The translations under genes were made by a program, and so were the position numbers. From Azolla caroliniana (taxonomy: Eukaryota > Plantae > Polypodiophyta), in the NCBI GenBank assembly GCA_043228905.1, contig JBHGNT010000012.1:14818001-14882000 (forward strand): a stretch of 64,000 bases of DNA, read 5' to 3'. The notes below the pieces were generated by a model. The model saw only the letters and a list, made by a program, of their open reading frames with translations, was not told the DNA's origin and made no database searches. Positions 39,031 through 50,400 of this stretch are shown in pieces; within the stretch, counting starts at the first letter, position 1; each line of letters opens with the position of its first letter.

Positions 39031-40698
39031 TCCCTCTCTCTTTCTCTTTCTCTCTCTCGCGAGTCTTACACACTCCCTTCCTCTTAGTACTTTCCTTCTC
39101 TAGTACTAATTCTCTCTCTACTTTTAGTACTATTCCTAACAATATGAGAGGAAGAACGCCCTCAATAAAACCTCACTGATGAGGAAGATTGTACGGTTGA
39201 AATACAGAAACAGTGAGAGCATCGTCAAACACATCAACACATTCATGGGGTATGTGAACCAATTGGCTGCAACCAAGTTTCCCATCGAAGATGCAATGCA
39301 GGCCATCTTGTTGTTGTGCACGTTACCAGATAGCTAGGAGAACCTGGCGGTGACTCTCAGCACCTCGTGTAAAGACAAGCGTCTTGAACGAGGAGAGGAG
39401 GAGGAAGGAAAAGGGTCTCCTGATCCAGTCAAAGTCAAACTTGACTCAACATATCGACAGAGGAAGAAATTGGCAAAGGAGTCCAACAAGGAGAGAAAAG
39501 TCTCAAGCCAGGTCGAAGTCCAGAGGTAAGCTAACATGCTTCTATTGTGGAAAATCTAGCCACTTCCAGAAGGACTGCTGACACATGAGAAAGGACAAAG
39601 ATATCGGAAATGGTGTCAAACTTAAGAAGCTTCCTGAAGAAAAGAACACTTCAGCCATTGCTATGAGCATTGAAAAACTCCTTTTCATTTGTAAACAAGC
39701 AAGTGCAAACTTGGCAAGCGAAGAATGCACTTGGGTGATCGAATCGGGTGCATCTTTCCACATCACTCCATCGAGAGAGTATTTCTCGACTTACATAGCC
39801 AGGGATCATGGCTATGTAAAGATGGGTGGTAATGGGGAGTGCAAGATAGCCGGAATCGGAAGTGTTTGTTTGACGACGTCGACAAGGTGTCGACTGACTC
39901 TGAAGGATGTTCGACATGTCCCCAATATCAAATTGAACCTAATATCGACTGGAAGATCGGACGACGAAGGCTACAATGGTAGTTTTCAGAATGGCAAGTG
40001 GAAGTTCTGCCGAGGAAATCTTATAGTGGCCCGAGCACAGAAAGAAGGTACATTGCATATGATGCAAGCCCAACTTTGCAAGTCGGAAGTGAATGTGGCA
40101 TCCAACTCGGCAGGACAAATATGGCATAAGAGGCTAGGCCACATGAGTGAGAAGGGTTTGCATCTGTTAGCCGACCAGAAAATTCTACTAGAGGTAAAGG
40201 GAGTGCACCTGGAGAAGTGCATCAACTACTTAGTATGAAATCAGAACAGAGCAACATTCCACTCAAGACCACCAAAAAGAAGAGAAGTGCCACTGGAACT
40301 AGTACATACAGATGTGTCCTATGTAGATGCTCCGTCACATCGAGGCGGACAATACTTTGTGACCTTCATTGATGACTACTGTCGGAAGTTGTGGGCTTAC
40401 ATACTAAAGTCAAAAGATCAAGTATTGTCGTATTTCAAGGAGTAACAAGCAAGAGCCGAATGGGAGTCGGGTCGGAAGTTGAAGGTTGTCTGAACCAACA
40501 ATGTTGGCGAATATAGAGGGTAGTTTGAGGAATACTACAAGGCCCAAGGTATTCGAATTGAATTCAGAGTGCCAAAGACCCCTGAGTTGAATGGGCTTGC
40601 AGAGAGGATGAATCAAACAATCATGGAGAGAGTAAGGAGCATGCTCTCTCATGCTAAACTACCAAAATCATATTGGGCTAACGCGATGTACACAGCGG

Positions 40699-43600
40699 TG
40701 TCGAGGAAATCCTCGCGTGTTCGCGAAATGAAGCGGGACCACCAAGGTCCTGGACCGGAAGGATTCGATGTTTTTAGCAGCGTAAGCGAGAAAGTATTGA
40801 AGATAGATAGATGGATGAAGAGAGAGAGAGAGAGATTGAGATAGAGATTGAACCCTGGACTTTAGTTTTACCAGACAACATACATCACCATTAGGATAAC
40901 TCCGATCTTTGATTAAAAGTTTCTTTTTTTTTTACTTACCTCACTTGCCTCCCTTACACAAGCCCAACTATAGGCTTTTATAGGTCTCTCCATGCAAAAA
41001 CCATGGGCTAAAACCACTAGCCGAAACCACGGGCTAAAACCATGGTTTTGTGCCCACGGTTTCTATATGTTTGCTTCCTACAAAATATTGAATATGAAAA
41101 GGAAATATACAAATTCTAAAGCACTTAGTAGTGGCTTTAGTGGTAAGTTAATTTGTTTCCTATCTTGGAGGTGTAAGGTACAAGCCTTGCTTCCACCCCT
41201 ATGTATGTACTTAGATGTTACTAAGCTTTAGTCTTATTTTTATATTTACAATTGAGCGCACATCACACGTGCACATGTTTAACTTTACATCTAGCTTTTC
41301 TTTTACGATTCTCATTTCAATCCTATTTACAACATGCTAGAATATGTGTGTGGCCTTCACCCCTTTCACAGGTGCACATTGCACCTTCTCGATTTCGTTT
41401 GTTGCACACAATTTTCACACCGTTGCCGAAAATCTTCATGACATCCACCCCCACCAAACCGCATGTACTCCAGTACGTGCCAAGAAGAGAGTGTGAGATT
41501 TCGGCTACGGTGATTAGTATGATTCCTCCATTTCGAGCATGTCCATTCCCTTCACTCGAACAATTGTCACCACCCAATCCACCATATCATTTGCTCATTC
41601 TTTGATTTACCATGACCAATTTTCATGGCCCCTTGTTCTCCTTCCAAGCATAACCGTCTAGGCTTTATGCATGTTCCACCTTCATTCCGACCATCTCCTT
41701 GGTCAAGGCACTTTGACCCATCATGCAGTTTTGTTTTCGGTCTTCCTCCACAAGTTATTATTTTGAATAATGGCATTGAATACCCCATGTAGTATCTTCA
41801 AGTGTATGCCCACGTCGAGATCCTTACGCAACAATTTTTCATGCTTCCCACTTTGTCCATCTTTGTGGTTTCTTCTTATGTCAGAGTTCTCCATTGATTC
41901 CTCGATCTTAATGATAGTGTCCACCTTCAAGTTGAATGTTACATCAATATCTTGAGGAATACCCTTCAAATCTTCTTGGCCCACTTGGCCCTCGTCTTTT
42001 TTGTTGTGCTTTGCTTGGCCTCTTCTCCCCATACATTAGCTTCGACTCTTGCTTCCTCGTCGTCACTGTCCTTCTCTTGGGTCTTACATCCGTTAATGCC
42101 CAAGTCTCCAGAACAAGTGTGGAGAGATCCATATGTATTTGTCGGCCATGCCCCGACATCGTTATTTGCGTTGGCTTGAACCTTTGCTTCCCCACCATCA
42201 CCTTCTGTCTCTTGGGTCTCACATTGGCTTTGAACCACAATTGCCCAAGTCTCTAGAACATGTGCAAAGGATTCCATTTGTCCTTGGTCAATCGCCTTCG
42301 ACACCTTTGTCTTGATGTCATCTTTTACATTAGATTGGAACCCCCCCTTGTTGCCACCTTCCGTCTCTTGGGTCTTCTGTTGGTTCTCGGACGCAACTGC
42401 CCAAGTCTCTAGAACCAGTGAGGGGAAAGTCTTGTCACTACCATCATTCACCATCGACTCGTCAAAATCTATCTTCGCCTCAATGTTGTGCACACCATCT
42501 TGGTCCTGCTCCTTACTACCACCTTCCATCTCTTGGGTCTCACGTTGGCTCTCTACAACTGCCCAAGTCTCTGAAACTTGTGTGAAGGAATCCTCAATGT
42601 GGCCATCTGCCATTAATTCTTTCATAGCCACCTTTGACTTGATATCATTTCTTATGGCTATCTCTTCAATGTCCTAGGCCTTGGACCCATTGACCTTCTT
42701 GATCGAGAAAACTTTGATTATCTTTCTCTCTTCGTCACATGTATTCATTTTGACCTTCAGCTCCTCGCCAACACCTTCCGTCTCTTGGGTTTCACGTTGG
42801 TTCGTGGACGCAACTGCCCAAGTCTCTGGAGCATGTGTGGAGAAAATCCGGCCATGGTCATTGTCGACGCTTGTTGTCTTGTGCATAGTCACCTCCTTGA
42901 TGTCGTCTCTAGCGGCTAGATCCTGAATTACATTAGCCTCGCACTCTTTATCTCCATTGATGCAAGCTTCAATTAGGCCTGCTCCTTCATCATCCGATGT
43001 TTCGAACACGACGCATGTTCCGAAACATTTGTCCTCCTTGGAAATGGTCGTCATTGTCCTTGAGTCATCATCAATCTTCTTTTCATGTTGGATGCATTGT
43101 TTAGGCGTCTCGACTTCTTTAGATGGTTTTGTTTTCCCCACGCTCGGCCTTACCAAGTCAATGTCATCAAGCCATTGATGACGCCTATCAATCTTGTTGC
43201 ATGCTTGCTTCACCGCAACCCAATCTGCCACAAGTCTGTTCGCTTGGGTATCATCTTCAAGGAGAGTCCCCAACTCTCGTCTATCCTTCATGTCCACAGC
43301 CTTCAAGAAGTACAAAGTCTTGTCCTCCTCAAGCAGCACTTGGTCTGTGGCGAGGAGATGACTAAACATCTGGTCGAACTCGTCGTATACCCTTGAGGCG
43401 CTCATCTTATTATTTTTCTTGTCTATCCACTTCATCAAGACATGTCGAGTCATCCTCGACAAATCTTCCATCGCAAACTCCGCTAATATTGCTCTTTCAA
43501 ACTTTGACCACGTTGTCTTCCTTTCTTCAAGCTCGATGACCCGCCTTTGGACGTTGTTGGCAGCAACTTGCTTGAAACTCGAGATTTAACGTGCTTCAGA

Positions 43601-44596
43601 CACGTCCCTTTGATTCATCTCCCTTTTGTATAGATCCAGGAACTTTATAATGTTCCTTCCATCAAATTGACCCTCGACCTCCACGACACGGTTGACGGCC
43701 TTCTCCACGCTCGCATCATTGTCCCGAGATCTCATTGTTTGCTCGAAGATTATCATCATCCTTTTGAACTCCCCCGCTTGATAGCTTGAGGACGCCATCT
43801 CCAAGTATAAGTCGATCCTCGACTTGCTCCTTCCTACCGCCTCTTTCACATTGAGTTCACCAAGTAAGATGTCGAGGAAATCCTCGCGTGTTCGCGAAAT
43901 GAAGCGGGACCACCAAGGTCCTGGACCAGAAGGATTCGATGTTTTTAGCAGCGTAAGCGAGAAAGTATTGAAGATAGATAGATGGATGAAGCGAGAGAGA
44001 GATTGAGATAGAGATTGAACCCTTGACTTTAGTTTTACCAGACAACATACATCACCATTAGGATAACTCCGATCTTTGATTAAAAGTTTCTTTTTTTTTA
44101 CTTACCTCACTTGCCTCCCTTACACAAGCCCAACTATAGGCTTTTATAGGTCTCTCCATGCAAAAACCATGGGCTAAAACCACGGGCTAAAACCATGGTT
44201 TTGTGCCCACAATTTCTATATGTTTGCTTCCTACAAAATACTGAATATGAAAAGGAAATATACAAATTCTAAAGCACTTAGTAGTGGCTTTAGTGGTAAG
44301 TTAATTGGTTTCCTATTTTGGAGGTGCTAGGTTCAAGCCTTGCTTCCACCCCTATGTATGCACTTAGATGTTATTGGGCTTTAGTCTTATTTTTATATTT
44401 ACAATTGAGTGCACATCACATGTGCACATGTTTAACTTTACATCTAGCTTTTCTTTTACTATTCTCATTTCAATCCTATTTACAACATGCTAGCATATGC
44501 GTGTGGCCTTCACCCCTTTCACAAGTGCACATTGCACCTTCTCGATTTCGTTCGTTGGACACAATTTTCACACCGTTGCCGAAAATCTTCACGACA
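40699..44596 (-). mobile_element. Element J: second non-autonomous Gag-only element of the Trp-primed lineage
   Basis: LTRs 40699-41443 and 43870-44596, degenerate Trp PBS, PPT, 4-bp TSD GCGG/TCGA, no pol. Confidence 0.9.
41720..43798 (-). pseudogene. gag: Gag-like ORF of J with ETWAV...QRETQET repeats
   Basis: GQFDGRNIIKFLDLYKREM and FLKAVDMKDRRELGTLLED are homologous to E gag; in-frame stops present. Confidence 0.8.
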
Positions 44597-45159
44597 TCGA
44601 TTTACCTTATCAACAGGTCCCCCTCAGCACCATTGAAGGGTGATGTCCCACAAAGGGTGTGGACAGGAAAGGATGTCTCCTACCGACACCTGAGGGTGTT
44701 CGAATGCTTAGTGTGTATGCATGTGGCTAAGGATAGAGATCAAAGCTTGACAGTAAGTCGAAACCATGCATATTCATGGGATACTCGAAAGATGAGTTCG
44801 GCTACAAGCTATGGAACTTAGTTGACAAGAAGGTAGTGAGAAGTCGAGACTTAGTCTTCATGGAAGACAAGACGATAGAGGACTGGAAGAAACAGAAGTT
44901 GGAATCGACTTCCTAGTTAACCCCGACTACTATCGACTTAAGGCCAAGTGAACCGACACAGTCAACTGTTTGGAGACAGCCAATCGTCACAGATGAATTC
45001 GAGTCGATCGACTCGGAGAGACCAACCGACTATGAGTCGGCGTTGGTAGACCTATGGAAGTCGATCGAAGAATATGAATCAGAGTCAGTGAACATCCAAC
45101 AATTGATCGACATGAATGAACCCGAGCCAAGATTAGAGTCGGTAGAGACATCGAAACTG

Positions 45160-45654
45160 GAGCCGACAACGAGTGGAAGAAGATACCCACTCAGAGAAAG
45201 AAGGGCACTTACAACATATGTCAGTCAATGCATCCTCTTGACTGATGAAGGTGAACCAAAGTGTTATGATGAAGCCATTGTCGACGAGCACAGAGATAAA
45301 TGGCTAAGTGCGATGCAAGATGAGATGGACTCCTTGCACGAAAACTACACCTACGACCTGGTAGAACTACCGAAAGGTAAGAGAGCACTCAGGAATAAAT
45401 GGGTCTGAAGCCGACAATGAGTGGAAGGAGATACCCACTAAGAGAAAGGACAGCACCGACAACATATGTTAATCAATACATCCTCTTGACTGATGAAGGT
45501 GAGCCAGAGTGCTATGATGAAGCCATTGCTGACAAGCACAAAGAGAAATGGTTTATCACGATGCAAGATGAGATGGATTCTTTGCATGAGAATTATACCT
45601 ATGACCTAGTAGAGCTATCGAAAGGTAAGAGGGCACTCAGGAATAAATGGGTCT
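45160..45654 (+). repeat. Diverged 248-bp tandem duplication in O (IN-RT linker and RT start)
   Basis: SGRRYPLRER...ALRNKWV is encoded twice. Confidence 0.9.
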
Positions 45655-46653
45655 ACAAGGTGAAGACTGGAGAAGTCAACAATGCGCCCAAGTATAAAGC
45701 CCGCATAGTAGTGAAGGGGTTCCAACAGAAAAAGGGTGTCGACTTCAACGAAATATTCGCACTAGTCGTGAAGATGACATCCATCCGAATTGTTCTGAGC
45801 ATAGCTTCCAACATGGATCTGGAGATCGAATAGTTGGATATCAAGACAACATTCTTGCACATGGAGCTGGATGAAGAGATCTACATGTACCAGCCTAAAG
45901 GCTTTGTGGAGAAAGGGAAACAGAACCTAGTGTGTCGACTGAAGAAAAGCTTGTATGGGTTGAAACAAGCTCCACGCCAATGGTATAAGAAGTTTCAGTA
46001 CTTCATGATGGAACATAGGTTCTAGAAAACATAGGTTGATCATTGTGTGTTCATCAAAAGGTACGGCGAAGGTGACTTCTTGATCCTCTTGTTATATGTA
46101 GATGACATGCTGATAGTCGGTCAAGATACAAGGAAGATCGGAAGCTTGAAGAAAGCTCTAGGCAAATCGTTTGCCATGAAAGATTTTGGACCAGCTAAAC
46201 AAATCTTGGGGATGCACATAGTTCGCGAAAGAAGTAAGAAAGTGGTGTGGTTGTCACAAGAGAAATACGTGATGAAGATCCTTGAAAGATTCAACATGTT
46301 AGAAGCGAAGCTAGTCGGCTCTGTGTTGATGAAAAACTGCAAGTTAAATGCTAAGCAATGCCCCAGAGGGGAGAAAGAAAAGGTTGAGATGAGGAAGGTA
46401 TCATATGCCTCAGTCGTCAGTAGTTTAATATACGCAATGGTCTGCACGAGACCAGACATAGCTTTTGTTGTGGGAATAGTAAGCCGATATATGAGTAATC
46501 TAGGACGAGAACACTGGGCAACAGTGAAGTGGATACCCAAGTATTTGAGAGGCACCTCGGGGGTATGCTTAAAGTACGGTGTCGGAAAACCCATGCTCGA
46601 AGGGTTTACCAATTCGGACATGTTGGGGGATGTAGACTCGAGCCGATCCACGT

Positions 46654-47475
46654 TGACGTAGTGTATTTCGTACACTACGTGAAAAACGTATAAAATAACC
46701 GATTCAATAAATATGAAGAAATAGAAGAAAATGTTAAAATATGTCATACATGCATAGGGCAAGATTCGAACCTTGTACCTCCATGTACATAATGTGAAGC
46801 TTTACCATTACACTAACATATCATTAGTGTTGAAAAAAGTAGACGTCCCACAAAGAAAGGTAAATGCACACTAGGATAAACTTTAGTTAGAAGAAAACGC
46901 ATGATAAAAGAAAAAGCTACACATGCACATCTAGCGTGCATGAACACTATAGTCAATAAAAACACATCAAGTTAGATAAAGCATATAGTCTATTGATAGA
47001 AAAAGCATGGATTGCTAAGACTCTCTCATCATTATATAAGGATGGGGAGCACAATATAATAGGTGTGTGAAATATTTGGAAATTGGATATATTTCTAAAA
47101 GACACCAATTAATAAAATATATTCGTGGGATTCATGAAATAAGCTATACTCGTGGGATTCACGAGATTTCTATATCCTTCTCTTTCAATCTAAATTCATA
47201 TTCTTACATAAATATTGATTAATATAATACTTGTGGGATTCACAAGGTTTGATCTCTTTTCTCAATCTACTCTAATCTATTCTAAACCATTTCAATTTAT
47301 TACTACGATTAAGATAAACTAAAACAACTATACTTGTGGGATTCGGAAGTTTCTATCTCTCGTTTATATAATCTATTCATAATTAGACTCGTCTCAAATT
47401 CTTCCTCCTCCTAGTCCAAAACCCCAGTGATTCCCACCCGACTCACACAACGATTTGGCGCCGAAAGGCATGACA
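46654..47475 (+). mobile_element. Element K: solo LTR of the E/H family
   Basis: Homologous to the H and E LTRs; perfect 4-bp TSD ACGT (46650-46653, 47476-47479). Confidence 0.93.
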
Positions 47476-50400
47476 ACGTCAGGGTATGTGATGACCTATG
47501 CATGAGGAGCACTACCGTGGCAATCACGATTGCAAAAGTCTGTGGCCTTGTCGAACACAGAGCCAGAGTATATGGCAGTAGTAGAGGCCGGCAAGTAGCT
47601 GATTTGGATGAGGAATTTCCTCAATGAACTTGGGATGAAGAAAAAAAAGAATTCTTGCTCCATTGTGATAATCAGAGTGCCATAAATCTTGCAAAGAACA
47701 TTGCATACCACTCTCGGACCAAGCATATACAAAGGAGGTATCACTGGCTACAAGAGAAATTATATGAAGGAGAGTTTTCCCTCGTGAAGATCCATACCGA
47801 TGACAATGGATCTGTAAAGAATCGAGATTGATTTTGTGTAGCAAAAGGACTGTGTGTCTATGTATGTGCACAAGAGAGAGTGAGAGCTCTAACCAAGAAA
47901 CTGTATATTACATCGAACAGTAACTAAGTTACAAAAGGTTGGTTTAAATACTAACTATTCTAGGGTTAATGCCCTTTCTACTAATTACAAAAATTTCTTA
48001 GTAACTTGTCCACCAACTAGTGTGAACACTATTCCTATGGGAAGTTGAGTTTCATTCTCAACACGCCCCTTCGAACACAACTTCCGGATGCCGAAAAGTT
48101 TTTCGGTTCGATCTTCAAAAACTTCAATTCTAACACAGCTTATGATTTCAATTGTTTGATTCTCCGTGTTCGATTGTTCGATTGTTTGTTCGTACTTCGA
48201 CTCCTCTGGTCGGCTACTATTCAGTGTCAGTTGTTGTTCGGCTACTGTTTGGTGTCAATCAATTGTTGTTGTACTCCCCCTCAAGCTCGGTTGGTCGGTG
48301 ATCGAGAGGCCAAGGTTCATCGCGAACTGCCATAGCTTGTCGATACCCAGGGCTTTTGTGAAGATGTCGGCCACTTGAAGATTCGTGTTGATGTGTTGTA
48401 TGTCGACATCTCTGGCTTGTACGCGCTCGCGGATGAAGTGATAGCGTACTTCGATGTGTTTAGTCCACGTGTGAAACACGGGATTCAGATCTAGGTAGAT
48501 ACTACTCATGTTGTCGCAGTATAGATGAATAAGATCCTTGATGGGTGCACCCAGATCCTTCAGGATACGCTTGAGCCATACGACTTCGCATGCAGCGACT
48601 GCTACACACCTGTATTCGGCTTTCGTGCTCGACAGTGCGACTGTCGACTGCTTCTTACTGCTCCAAGAGATTGCTCCGCTGCAAAGGGAGAAGACGAAAC
48701 CTACCATCGATCGTCTATCAGCTTTATTGCCTGCCCAGTCTGTGCCTGTGTACCCTTCGAGTCGAATAGGCGTATTCGACTTATACAATATGTTGTAGTC
48801 CATCGTCATCCTGACATACCGAAGTATCCTCATAGCGCAATCGAGATGATCATTTCGTGGGTTCTAGATGAATTGGCTAAGTAGGCTGACCGAATAGCTG
48901 AGGTCAGGTCGTGTGATGGTTAGGTAGATGAGGCTACCGATCAGTTGACGATACTGAGTCAACTCGCACTCTTCGGTTCCCAAATCGACATCGAGCTTGA
49001 GATTTCGGTCGAGAGGGGTAGACACAGGTTTGCACTCGGTCATTCCGAACTTGTAAAGTAAGTTGAGAATGTAGTGCCATTGAGAGATCAGTATCCCAAC
49101 TGTTGTCCGAATTACTTCGATACCGGGGAAGTAGTGGAGCTCGTGCAGGTCTTTCATTTCGAACCTGCCGGATAGGAGTGATTTGACCTTATTGATCCTA
49201 GCAAGATCCTTTCCTCCGATGACTAGATCATCCACATATAGGATGATGACAATCATATTGTTCGACTCGTTTCATATATAGAGGGAGTTGTTGGATTTCG
49301 ACATTTGAAAACCGATTTGATGAACATATTGCATTATCTTCGAATGCCAAGCACGTGGTGCTTGCTTAAGGCCATAGAGTGGCTTCTTAAGTCGGTACAC
49401 GTCTTTCAGGTGAGTGCACGATTCGAAGCCAGGTGGTTGTATCATGTACACCTCTTCTAATTCACCTTGTAGGAAGGCGTTCTTTACGTCCATCTGGTGG
49501 AGGTGCCACCCTTTTGCGGCTACGAGAGCTATGACTGTCCGAACAGTCGTCATCTTTGCAACCGAAGCAAAGGTCTCCTCATAATTGAATCCATGTGTTT
49601 GGGAGTAACCTTTTTGCTATGAGTCATGCTTTGAAGCGATTTAATGGGCCATTGGCATTGTATTTGACCTTATAGATCCATCTACAACCTATCACTTTCC
49701 TGTGTGGTGAATGGGGAATAAGGTCCCATGTCTCGTTTTTGCACAAGGCATGCATTTCTTCATTCATCGCGTTGACCCATCACGGGTTCTTCACGGCTTC
49801 GGAAAATGTTTCTAGTTCTCGGACAGTTGCTACCTTCATTATAAAGGCGTAATGATACGCCATATACTCATCGTAGCCGAAACGACTTATGGGTTTCTTT
49901 TCATGGGTAGACCGGCGTAGCTTCTCATTTGTAGAGACTAATGCTTTCTTCACTCCATTTGTCCGGATGTTGAGGCCTTCAAACTCACTATCGAGAGAGT
50001 GAGTTGACTCATTGTCCATCAGGTTTTCATATTCTGGCATTTTCTCCTTGCCTTTGTCCAGGTTCAGACTTGCTCGAGATGTGCTTCGATAGCTCGGTAG
50101 CTCTTGTGGTCCACTTAACCTTGTCGTATGTGGGCTATCTTTGTACGTGTGTCCAAGTCAACCTTCTTCTTGTATCTCTGGTTCGACAAATTTTGAGTCG
50201 ACTAGAGTAGAAATTGGAGTCATCTCTGGATCGTACCAGGATGTTGCTTCGTCGAAAACGACATCTCGACTCACTCGAGCTTTTCAGGTATATGGGTTGT
50301 AGCATTTGTACCCCTTCTATTCGAGCGAGTACCCTACGAGGATACATTTCTCCGACTTCGGATCAAGATTTTGTTGCGTCTCGTCAGCAATATGCACATA

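Larger units (their letters stand above)
25861..39141 (+). mobile_element. Element F: A-family chromovirus with integrase deleted, containing G, I and H
   Basis: LTRs 25861-26278 and 38045-39141, TSD ATATG (25856-25860, 39142-39146); gag, PR, RT and RH pieces homologous to A; RNase H jumps to the PPT region at ~38020. Confidence 0.92.

Noticed and set aside
42200-42830. Hammerhead ribozyme (retrozyme) in the H and J repeats
   Set aside because: No CUGANGA core on either strand.
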